A stretch of DNA of 63,090 nucleotides, filler included, from Perkinsus olseni (Eukaryota): NCBI GenBank assembly GCA_013115125.1. It is 2 parts of 2 records of this genome, joined end to end, with 100 filler letters (N's around TTAATTAATTAA, not from the genome) between each part and the next. Parts side by side here need not be neighbours in the genome. Positions count along the whole stretch, not along the records: positions 31,647 to 63,090 come from JABANN010000414.1; 1 more part is not named here. One strand, given 5' to 3'. This document shows positions 52,637 through 63,090 of this stretch, in pieces (positions within the stretch are counted from its first letter, which is position 1; each line of letters opens with the position of its first letter). The translations under genes were made by a program, and so were the position numbers. Under the pieces are notes generated by a model. That model was not told where the DNA came from, ran no database searches, and saw only the letters and a list, made by a program, of their open reading frames with translations.

Positions 52637-53068
52637 GTCTCCAGCGCTTCCACGACGACGATCGATACTGAGATCTATTTTACGAGCTAATCGTCACTCG
52701 TCTGCTCCTGTATTAGTTACTGCTAGTTTCATTATTGGATATCTCATCGCCGTCGCTGGAGGGCTCGAAGGTCATCGTTACGTTTCTTCTATGTGTTCAT
52801 TAGTCTGGGGTGGGCTGCTGAGACCATCATGGTTTACACTCACTCAACGTACTGGAATCGGCAGGAACTACTGCCTTATCGTAATGACACTGTCCAATTA
52901 TACGCCGGTTTCTTGTAGAATTAGTTGAGTGTAGAGTGAAGGAGGGTCATATTTCAACCTGTTTTGTATCTTACTGGGTTCAACCTAAGATATCATGCTC
53001 GGCAGTTACTGTTTTTTAGTCTAATAATTGCAGCCTAGGCGGATTTAATTGGGGACTAGCGTTAGGGA

Positions 53069-56000
53069 ATGCCAAGAGTTCAAGAGTATCGGATAGTCCT
53101 CCCCATGGAGATTGAGCAATACCATGTGGCCCAGCTGTATATGGTAGCAAAGTCAAGCTTGGAAGACACCACTGGAGGGGCCGGAGTGGAAGTGGTCACT
53201 AATGAACCGTATGATAATGGTAGTAATGGCCGGGAGTGGGGTTCGAACCGGGGACCTAGTGCTGGTCAATAGTCGGGGAGGAAAGTGACTGCAACGAGTT
53301 ACCTCATCTTCCGCTGCATTGAAATATCGGCGGTCCAGCGTAAATGGTCAGGATGTTGAGCTCTCTCAGGGGAGACCCAGGGTCAATTCACTCACAAGCG
53401 TATTTCGATCGCTCCCTACTTACCCTCTTGGGTCACATCGTTGGTCAACCCGGATTGGCTGGTGTTTGACGAAAAGAGTTGGAACGCCTTCCCTCGGTGC
53501 CGCACCGTCTACTCCTGTCCCATGCTGAGCGAATTCTCGATGGAGATTGACAGTATGCACATCGAAGGCAACTGTACCGACGATAATGCATTAAAACTGG
53601 ATGGTAGTAATAGCAGCGACTGGACGTTTAAAGATGCCTGAACCGGGCGGAAAATCACTGTGAACCTCAGAGTCGGATTTGGCTAAGCGTAAAGTTGACT
53701 TCATCGATATCGTTAATGATCGTATATCGAGTAAGGATTATAATCCTGATGAGGATCCGACTAAGTGGCGCAGCGAGAAGGTAAGGCAATATCAACTCCA
53801 CTGGTTGCTGCTGTATTGTCTGCGTGCTAGCTCGGTATGGGCCCGTTGGAGTCGGACTGGATGGACACCACCCGACCAATCATGACCTGCTACAAGGTGG
53901 GTCTGGAATTGGGAGTTGCGATTGGAGTGGTATGGCTTATCAGGTTATACATGTCACTTGCAACCCAGGCTTCATGATGCAAAATAGAGTTGAGAGCTTC
54001 ATTGTCAAGGCCACTAAAACTACGCTTTTCAAGTAGTAGCAGGGATATCGGAGGGCCTGTTGCCGCGGCAAGCTCATGACGCGCCGCGAAGTCTACTGTG
54101 GTATGGTTCGATCTTGCGGAAGTTCAACTTGGATAGGTATCATCGTAAATGCGTCTGCTGGGCTGACGAGTGGGCGGCTCTGACGATGGATGATATCCGG
54201 CTGATGGAGGACAAAGTGCAAAAAAAATTGAGAAAGTTTTGGCGTGACAAGAGAATTGAGGAAGGCTTAGAAGTTCCGGACGATTCCGATAGCAGCGAGG
54301 TCGACATGGAGGTTGAAGATACTCCCAAGGCCGAAGAAGATGCCTCTCCTGGGAGTACTAGTGGCAGGTCGCGTAGTACAAGTCGATTGTCAGCTAACAA
54401 GGATACTACCGGCCTGCTGACGGTCACTGCATCACCGGTGGATCCGGCAAGGACGAGTGTGAGTGCTAGTGTCAACAATGATATATCGATCATTGGGGCG
54501 AGCGCTAAAGCGAATAGGAAGGCAGGAGTGGATGTGATGAGAGCTGGATCCTTGTTCAAGCTGGGAGATGGTATTATTAACACCAGTTGGAATGAGAGGT
54601 AATGAGAGAGGACGGCGTAGGAGAAAATTGGATAAAAAACTAGGACGGATTAATAAGAGCTGAGTACTATTGGATAGGTCCTTGTGATGTGTTGTGATAA
54701 AATAGAAACTCTTACTCTTCGTTCCCTCCTCGTTGAAACGTCTTTTCCGTCGGTCAATGGATGCTCTTTGCTCCGTCCGCTGCCATGACTGCTTCGAATG
54801 TTTTCTACCTGTCATCGGCAAATTTGTTACTTCTATTGTTATCAGCTCCCTCGAATATTGATTTTTCGTGCGCGTTTGGTGCCGAGGAGTAACATAGTAA
54901 AATACGAGTAAGACATGTCGCATCATGATTGTTGAGAAACAATTGGTCAGAGAAAATTTAATTTCGCAGCTCGGGGATCGCAGAGGAATACACCCTCTCA
55001 TTGGGAAATGCCGGTTGGAACAATGGTGGTGATTTTCCATATCGTAACTTCACTGAGGATGGTTATTTCTGAACCAGTCGTTTATTATTCGGAGTTGGTA
55101 TGATATGAAAATTATTGGGAGGAGCGCCTGCTCACCACCGTCCCCCCTTTTATCTGTAATCTTTTCGGTTTGCGGGGACCCAGCTGTGAAGGGCATCGAG
55201 ACGCGCTGCCTTCGGGCTCCTACTTGTAGGCTGCCCTCCTTTTGTAAGGTACTTTGTCCTGTCGGGGTCAGTGTTGAGCTACTATCGAGATTCACGCGAG
55301 TTGAGGCCGAAGGATAGTATCTCCATGAAGGGAGCTGTAGTGCAATGGTGTGGATCACATAAAGGCCGTGAGCATGCCTTCATAGTGGTAGTAGGCATTT
55401 TCTCGCGCGCCACGAAATTACTGATCTCGGCTGAACTGGTCAGATGCCCAGAGATAATCGTCGGCAGATAGTCGTGTCGGGTGGCAGTGAGGGCGAGACG
55501 AGGCAGTGGATGCTGTGGTGCCAGGAGGCAGCTGATAAGGCCACTGCCACGACTTCGATCGAGGGCAGCTCGCCCAAAGCTGTCAGTGCTGCTACTGTCA
55601 CGACGGAGGATCAACCGAGGGAAGAAGAGGCTGCCAAGGTTGAAGCTGGCGCAGGGCAGAATGCCGAGCTTGAGCAGTCCGATCGGGCGGAGTCGGTCGA
55701 GGAGGTGAAGCCGACGTCCACTGGTGGCCTCCTGCCTGATGAGTGTACACGGTACTTGCCTAGGGAGGCCTTAAAGGGAGTGGAAGGCTTGCTGAGGTTC
55801 GTCAGATGCGGGAATCAGAGGAATGATATGTGCGTGGTGTAAGATGTCGGGCGTGGGATTCGAACCGGAGACCTATAGCTCACCATCTCAGGTCCACTGA
55901 TAAGGGTTTAAGACTGTGGAGAGAAGTCGAGCGAGGGAGAGAGGAGGCTAGTTTTACGGTTTTGCTATCAAAAATATGGTCCGAGGCCACCCGAGTGGAC

Positions 56001-58119
56001 TTCTACTCTATACCCCTCTCCATCGCCTTTGCCATCACCACCGGTTTCGTATTCATCCTATCGGTAACTGGTGCTTTTCTGACACCTCTAGCTGTCGTTA
56101 CTCTCACTATGTGGCTTATGTCCCTGCGTGAGCTACGGCCTGTTATAGATGCAGTACAGAAGGGTACCTGTAGTGGTGTAGCGGTCGGAGAGGTCAGCAT
56201 ACCTACCGCCAGCAACGGCTTCATCGAAGCCGCCCTGTTGGACCTCTCGGAGTGGCACCGGTGGACGCCGGCCCTCCACGGTGATGCTGCGGCCAGGCTG
56301 TCCTGCACAGGCTTGATGATGGTGAAGTACAGAGGGCAGGAGATGGTGGAGCACATCATCAGACCAGTCCGGCGGAAGGGCACTCTGCCATCATTGATCA
56401 TGCTGCATTACAGCCAGAAGCGCAATGACGAGTACACCTGCTGGGCCGTCTACCCTCAGTCCTCATCAGTGTCGGTCATGATGGCCGGCACGAACGGGCC
56501 CGGCAAGGCTAAGCGGACGCTGGCCTTCATCAGGGAGTTCCTCAGTGGACTGCAGCTCGTCATGGTAGTCTGTCCCCGACCCCGCCCTTCTCTACCGGAC
56601 CTGGCCATGCCCCGAGGGAGCGAGCATATCCATGCCACCAGAAGGGGTGGTGGGGGCTGGGTGGAGCTGCCAATACCGTTCGGAGTGGCGGGTCTGGATT
56701 CGGCGCTGAAGACGGCGCTGCTGCACAACTCGGAGGAAGCGGTAGTGGGAGGGAGGTTAGAGGGAGAAGATGCGGCCAGTGTGATGCCGACGCTCATGGG
56801 TAGGTCACGGCGGAGCGAAGTTTTTTCGCGGATATTGACGTTGTCTCAGCAATGTCGTATATGTTCCTCCAGTCGAGTGTCTACCTGCCGAGAGCAAGCA
56901 CTGCCGTCGTTAATAATGATGCTCCGCGAGCGGTAGGAAAAATACCAAATGCTAAAATTGAACCCGGGTTGTATACAGCAGACCTCTGCTCAACCGTTTG
57001 GCCGAGTGACCTTCTCAATGGTCTCTTTTGCAGTTACAACTCGTCGCGGCGTCTTTAGTAGGAAGTCTGCAACGCCTCCTCTGTGCTCTCCAGAGCAGCG
57101 ATGCCTTCCTAGCTACCACTCCTGCAGCTGCTGCTGCGTCGAAGGCCGTCATCATCCCGGGTGATACCTGCCAGTGCAGGGCGACCCCCAGAGGAGGAGG
57201 GAGAGGGGGGCAGGGCGGCGCGGAGATCTGCTGGGAGGCCATCAACGCCAACCATGCATACTATCTAGTGACGGAAGAGAAGGGCAATGGACGGTGGACT
57301 CAGAGAGGAACCATCAAGTGAGAAGGGAAAAATGCCGGATCTGGGATTCGAACTGGGGACCTCGTGGTTGACGCACGGCTTGCCAGGTACGGGGTGTCCC
57401 TGTTACCTCCCTCACTGCGCCATAGGACTACTGGGATAGTCCTTAACCTCACAGGCCACCACTATATCGATTTCCTGAGTAGTGATGATGGTAATATCGC
57501 AGCGGAGCGAAGCAACAAACGATCGTCCAACAAGGCTGTCACAGCTAGGGTCACGGAGTTGCCAAAGCTCGTAAGAAAGTGTCACGTGCCGGGGTCGAAC
57601 CTGGGACCTCCTCCTTCACAGGTTTGCCGTCCTCTAAGCGGGTCGTCCAAGCATTGTTTGCTACGGTGGGAAGGGTGTATCACTATCAGCATCCCTGGCG
57701 ACACTGGGGGCACTTGTAAGCTCTCAATAGCCGACCCCTCGACTGGTGAGCAACAGCATCCACCGCCGCTGTTCCCCGTCCGACTCCTCGTCTTCTCAGG
57801 CTTGGTGACTGGTAGTGTCCGCAATGGTCGAGGGGTCCTGCACAGCTATGCTGAGGGCAACATCTTCGACCGTTTATGTTTCGATGGAGAGCCCCTGTGG
57901 ATGAGCGGAGAACTCCCAGACGATTTGGTTCAACCTTCGGAGGAGACAGTGGGGGCCTTCCCGCCTAAGGGGCCTCTGGTCGAAATAGAGGTGGGGTGCA
58001 GGGATCGAACCAGAGACCTTTCGACTGCTTCGTCTTAGGTTGAACCAAACAAGCGTCTCCTGCCAACCGATTGCCACAGTCACCATTCAACTGGCCGCTC
58101 TAGTCGTGTATCATCATAA
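53069..58119 (+). CDS. Multidomain lipid-transfer protein: PITP + PH + START-like + degenerate oxysterol-binding-like domain
   Basis: PITP: EYRIVLPM..EQYHVAQLYMVAK, GVEVVTNEPY, EKSWNAFPRCRT, YHRKCVCWADEW..LTMDDIR. PH: GSLFKLG...WNER|YFVLSG..LSYY. START-like: LLDLSEWHRW. ORD-like: PGDTCQC..., LLPTDC. Confidence 0.8.
53227..53265 (-). repeat. Intronic tRNA-3'-half element (antisense)
   Basis: GCACTAGGTCCCCGGTTCGAACCCCACTCCCGGCCA. Confidence 0.8.
55841..55881 (-). repeat. Intronic tRNA-3'-half element (antisense)
   Basis: GCTATAGGTCTCCGGTTCGAATCCCACGCCCGACATCTT. Confidence 0.8.
56937..56971 (-). repeat. Intronic degenerate tRNA-3'-half element (antisense)
   Basis: AACCCGGGTTCAATTTTAGCATTTGGTATTTTT. 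Confidence 0.6.
57328..57370 (-). repeat. Intronic tRNA-3'-half element with T5 tract (antisense)
   Basis: CCACGAGGTCCCCAGTTCGAATCCCAGATCCGGCATTTTT. Confidence 0.82.
57571..57621 (-). repeat. 51-nt intron with tRNA-3'-half element (antisense)
   Basis: GGAGGAGGTCCCAGGTTCGACCCCGGCACGTGACACTTT. Confidence 0.8.
57991..58038 (-). repeat. 48-nt intron with tRNA-3'-half element (antisense)
   Basis: GCAGTCGAAAGGTCTCTGGTTCGATCCCTGCACCCCAC. Confidence 0.8.
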
Positions 58120-58174
58120 TTGCTGTTCTATTTTTAGTATGTATTATTAATACCATCCTTTCCCCGAATCATCA

Positions 58175-59023
58175 TCATGTCATGTCGAGTTCACAAGGTA
58201 GTGAACGACCCTTTGGCTCAGCTATGCTCCTCCCTTCCTTCCTCCTTCTACCCATCATCGATGCTTCTGTCTGGGACCCAGCGCCCTGCCTTCGTGCATG
58301 CCCGGAGCTCTCCCAGTCAGTGGCCCTGTTGGAGGCCCTGGTGTACTCTCCTTCCTTGATAGCAGCAGCTCTGTCGGGGGGTCCCGAGGCCGGGTAATGA
58401 TAGAGAGGGGAGACTTTGGCCCTTCCAGTGGGTGTTGACAGGTACGAGGCTGTTCGAGAGGATGGGCAATATTCTTGTGTAGCCGAGAAGCTCTGTGGGA
58501 CATGCACGGAGGTGAGGCAGTGGGATGGAACCTGGGACATATTGAGAGCTGCTCGGTGCTTCACCACTTGACCAGGTTTCCACGTGCGACCTTGGTCGAT
58601 GCATCGTCGATAACATAGAGTGTCGGCGGTTGACTGAGCTCACTTCGGAATTGGTGAAGATATGCTACTGCGCCATCGGTGAGGAGGCCCATCACCCCTC
58701 CCCTGCACGACTCATCGCCCCAGGCTATGATATCGGCCTCCTGAGCCAGATGATCGACCCTCAATGGACGGCCGACCCTCCGCTTTGTGAAGGCGGCTCC
58801 GGCGCTCCTGAGGGCACGGCTGAACGGATAGGAAGCTCATGCGGAGGTGAGTATCTTTATCCAGTGTGACAGATCTTCGCTTTCTCGCAGATTTCGAAGT
58901 TTCCGAGTTCCTTGCTGGTACTCGAGACGAGTCTGGCGGCCCTGTAGATAGGGACGATAAGAGCGGGGCGGAGCAAAGCACTTGCAGAGTTATCACGTTC
59001 ATCACCCTTATGGGTATCTCCAT
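58175..59023 (-). CDS. Hypothetical protein, multi-exon; boundaries uncertain
   Basis: Coding-like blocks (LRVDHLAQEADIIAWGD...ARGNLVKW) separated by GT-AG intron 58493-58564, which carries a degenerate B-box GTCCCAGGTTCCATCCC. Confidence 0.35.
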
Positions 59024-59105
59024 GTTATTATAGTTGTTACCATTGCTGTTATCTTGGTTGTTGTGCAGTTGGGAGGGTGTTCACCAAGCATCCTCGTAGC
59101 CGTTG

Positions 59106-62100
59106 ATGTCGTTTAACGGCGGTAGTCCTCCTCCCCCTCCGCCACCACCAGCGCCTCCAGAGGTCAGCCATCCCATAGGGCAGACGGCTGCTGCCAGCGC
59201 CCCTGCCGCGGTAGTGGAGGCCGCGATCGCTGCCGCTGCTGTTTCTTCCCCTCCTCCCCCCGCTCCTCCCCAAGCACCAGCATCGCTGCCAACGACCAGC
59301 AGTAGGCCGCCCAGTGCTGCCGCTAGTACGGCCACCATCAGTACATCGGGAGTCAACACTAGATTGAAGGTTGAGGAGATGAAGCAGTACCTCGATCAAG
59401 CTAAGTGCCTGTAATACTGGTTGTGGAAGAGTGGCACTTGCGGGGATCGAACTTATGCGGGTTTCCCGCAAGATGTTGGTCTCAATTCAGATTCGCCGAT
59501 TCGCCGGGGAAGTACGAGGAATTACTGGAAGTTATAGCCGGTAAGAAGAACATCTCCAGTAGCTTCCTGAGGCTTCCCTCAGGCATGTCCAAGCGGACTC
59601 GACCTCGCCCGCCGCCAACACCCCCACCAGCTAGCGCTGCTACCTCCACTCCGACTGCTCCCACCGCCAGTGGCCTCGGGGCTCTAGTAGGGCAGCTACA
59701 GCAGCTCAGCAGCAATAACACTACCCCTGGCCAGCCGACAGGAGCGACAGCAGTTGGCAGTTCGAGCGTCCAGATGATACAGGCTCTGCAGGGCTTGATG
59801 CAGCACCCCACTCCGCAGGCCCCAGCCCAGCCACAACCAACTCCTATGGAAATCGCTCGGCAGGAAGATGATACATCCGAACTGTGAGGGAGGAGAGATG
59901 TGCGTATCTTTATTACCTGTTCTTTGCCAGGGACAACCTAGATGTTGGTACATTAATCGATCGGCTGTTGAAGATATTCGAAGGTCACGGAGCGGCTAAG
60001 TCAATGGTAGCTTCGGCGGATCGAGCGAAGCCTCCCTTCTGAAGGGTGGGCGTCAGGTCCTTTGTTTCCTCCAACTGTGTCGACTCTCCAACCATCCCGC
60101 TGCGAGTTGGCTGTTTGAGGAGGCGGAGAGGCTGAGGGAAGCTGAGGTGAAGAGACAAAAGGAGACGGAAGAGAAGGAAGCGGTCGGTGGTTAAAATGCT
60201 GCATGCCGGGTTTGAACCGGAGTGTGTTTCAGTTTGCAGCGGTGAGTGCGGCGGCACGCGCTACGGCTGACGTAGTCGGCCCTCCCGGACCACCGATATG
60301 TCTGGATCGCGCAGCGACTATGGCGTTCCTGACTGCTGGTAAGCTGCTACGGGAACATGACTTTTCTCATTATTCTCAACTCAGTCCTTCCAACGCTACC
60401 GAGCAACGTTTATGCGGTAAGCAAAAGGTCCCTGGTTCGATTCCCAGTAGATGTATTTTCCCTCTAGGTCTTAAGCTCGGGTGTTTATCAAGGTCTTGAG
60501 GCCGGTATAGTAAACAGTAACTTCGACGAGGGTATGAGGAGGGTCCTCCAGAACTACGCTATGGCCACTTCAGTGTAAGAGCCGGGATGGATCCTTCCGT
60601 GTCTGTTGGCTCTCTCGCACCTCAGCCAAGACGGGTAACTGAGTGGCTGATGCCGACAGTGGTGGGCAGGTACCTGGCGCATCGTAAGTCTATGATAAGA
60701 GTGCATGGAACCAACGAGTCAGCATTCCCGAGTAAATCCTCCAATACGAGGAGGTTGCCAGCAACAACAGCTAGAGGGAAGAGAAAGCGCGGTGGTCGTG
60801 GTGCGAAAGTGGCTTCTACCACTAGCTCCGAGGAGGTGAGTTTTTCCGGTATCGAGCGTTTTTACGTGAGTTAAAACCTCATAGGCGCTCAACAGGATTG
60901 TGATAATTTCAGAACGGGCAAGTGTCGAGCGAGGAGACCAGCGGGGAGCCTCTCACGCCAGAGTCGGATGAAGGGACTGATCCATCTCTGCCGCCGTCGC
61001 GGCCGGCGAGAGGCCGGAAGAGAAGGGTAATTTCTGATGGAAAAAGTGTGAAATTGATCCACCTCTCACAGGCGGCGGCTGCGCCATCATCATCGGAGGA
61101 TGATGATGCAGTACCGAAACGGCGATCAACTCGTCGAACTAGGAGCACCGCTGTGAAGGTGAGCAGTGGAAGGTGTCATAGTCAGTTTACTTACTATCGG
61201 TCGCTCCAGGCGGAGGCGTCGCGAGGCGGCGGCGGTGCAGTGTCGTCGTCCTCTTCTGAGCTGGACTCGGCTGAGGGCACCAAGCGCGGGGGCCGTACTA
61301 CGTCGAGGAAGAAGGGCAGCAGGAGCTCACCATCGGCTGCTGCTGCTGTTTCCAACATGCCCTCACCGGCGCAGAAGTTGGCGGAGAGGACAACCATTGA
61401 GGGAAGGGAGAGGGCTGTGCTGGAGATGCTGGCCGCCTTGCTACCACCAACACTGGCCCATGAGCTGTAGGGATCGATGAAGTGGTGGAAGTGTGGTATT
61501 GTGGAGGGTTCTCAGGTATAAAACGTTATCCATTTGGTTGGCAGGAGGTTTCGAGGTCTCGACTGTGACAAGCTTCTTAGAGTAAGAGAGAGGGTCGTCC
61601 GTCGTCGTTGGTGGGTACTAGCGTTTTCAGGCGAATCCTTGGCCACTTGCGAGGTTGTGCTACAGCTCCAGCATCAACAGATGATGATGATGAGGAGGAA
61701 GAGGAGGGCGGACCTGATGTCGAAGCGCAGCGGAAACATGATGCTATCTTCGATATCTACACCGACCAAGAACGTGATGATACTCATTGGCGGAGCGAAG
61801 CGTTTCATGTTTACTCATTTTGTAACGTCTTTTAGGTACAGTATTATTGAATCGACTGCGAGAGCTGGACCATGCTGTGGTTGAGGTTTGTAGCAAGCAT
61901 ATCGTCGACCTCATTAATGCCGCCCTTCTCAAAAGGGAGGCGGCCAAGCAACGGAAGGTACAGCGGCGAAGGGCCCCCCTTCCTGTGACCTACAGCTCAG
62001 CGTCAGGTTATGAAGGAAGCCCCGAAGGCTGATGGGTGTAGGAGTTACCTTAGCCACTTGTAGGTGCCTCTTCCTGGTGGCGGGGCACAGCTGCTGCTAT

Positions 62101-63018
62101 CAGGTCATTCCCGGGCGAAAGTGCGGAAGCGGCGGTCTGCAAGGAGCGGCTTCTCAGAACTCCGCCAGGGATTATCAACAACACTTGGATGGGAGTGTCT
62201 TTAGGTGAGGTTTTTACAGCAATACCACACCTTCCTGAGATCACTTGTTTATTAGGGACTGAGGAGGCACAGGACTTCAAGTACTTCCGCCGGAATCACA
62301 GTGAGGAGGCTCTGTTCAACAACGAGGATCACAAATACGCCACCACCTTCACCGTGAAGTGCGTCTCTCTCACGGTAGAAAGCGTGCTGGTCGAAGATAC
62401 TCCATTCGAGTCTTCATCAGGTCCACCGGTTGGAGAGGCTCTTGAAGAAGTTGGAGGGGATGCCCGAGGAGCGGCGGGAGGCGTACAAGCTGTCGATGCC
62501 CCAGGATATCACTAGTCAGCATCTAGAACAAATCATCAATAGGTGAGGAGTATCTTTACTTGGTGTGAGAGGCAAGAATCAACCTTCTAGTTACACCTCT
62601 ACTGCAATTGGGCAGAAGATGGCTGAGGAGGTCCTCGCTCATCCCATGAAGACCCTCCCCTTGCTGGTAGTCATCTCTGGGCCCAGCAGTGGTATGATAG
62701 TAGTACTACGATCATGTCAGTTGACCCGACTGAAAGACACAGAGGCTTCGCTAACGTCGCCGTCGAGCGGTCTGATAGCAGCTGCCTCAAAGGCTTGGTT
62801 GAAGGTTGACAAGAGGAGCTTCCTCCCGGGCCTGGACCATAGGAGCTATTACTTCCGCGGCCACTGTGAGTGGCCATGGTGGTGGCATAGTAGTCTGGTG
62901 GAAGTCGTTTATTATCAGGCTTGAAGAACTCAACCAGCAGAGCCTTCCTTGCTGACCTACGACAAAGTGACACCCCGGTGGGCATCGTGGAAGAGGAGCG
63001 GGAATGGGCTTCTTGGGG

Positions 63019-63019
<1 letters not shown>
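59106..63019 (+). CDS. SIN3: Sin3-like transcriptional co-repressor (PAH + HDAC-interaction domain), 3' truncated by window/contig end
   Basis: RLKVEEMKQYLDQAK..FADSPGKYEELL (PAH1-like). IINNTWMGVSLG|TEEAQDFKYFRRNHSEEALFNNEDHKY and LTRLKD...W....RSFLPGLDHRSYYFR (HID region). Confidence 0.85.
59432..59461 (-). repeat. Intronic tRNA-3'-half element (antisense)
   Basis: CCCGCATAAGTTCGATCCCCGCAAGTGCCA. Confidence 0.65.
60193..60224 (-). repeat. Intronic tRNA-3'-half element (antisense)
   Basis: CACTCCGGTTCAAACCCGGCATGCAGCATTTT. Confidence 0.72.
60417..60467 (+). repeat. 51-nt intron with tRNA-3'-half element (sense)
   Basis: GTAAGCAAAAGGTCCCTGGTTCGATTCCCAGTAGATGTATTTTCCCTCTAG. Confidence 0.85.

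Positions 63020-63090
<71 letters not shown>
63019..63090 (+). repeat. (TAG)n microsatellite at window end
   Basis: Perfect GTA/TAG run. Confidence 0.95.

Overview
Eukaryotic, gene-dense protist DNA with many short GT-AG introns. Gene content and style best fit a perkinsid alveolate such as Perkinsus, which is inferred and not proven. The window is two contigs joined by an artificial 100-nt N spacer (31547-31646), and it starts and ends in microsatellites. The left part holds a serine carboxypeptidase, a tandem duplication of [intronless secreted Cys-rich gene + TMEM17], an Sfi1-like gene, an ion-channel relic, tRNA-Glu(CTC), an amino-acid transporter, casein kinase 1, FRA10AC1, a proline-racemase-family gene with a Ser/Cys dyad and aspartyl aminopeptidase. 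The right part holds class III ADH, a helical-repeat protein, a SAPS-like protein, a CHORD protein, an MFS transporter, DBP3, a PITP-PH-START-ORD lipid-transfer protein and Sin3. The standout observation is that about 20 short spliceosomal introns between 26 and 60.5 kb each carry the 3' half of a tRNA gene. Each has a variable-loop remnant and a T-loop/B-box (GGTTCRANYC); most continue with 12 nt, a purine discriminator and an oligo-T tract at tRNA-gene spacing. They lack the 5' half and CCA, and they occur in both orientations relative to the host gene. Exon boundaries were inferred by eye.
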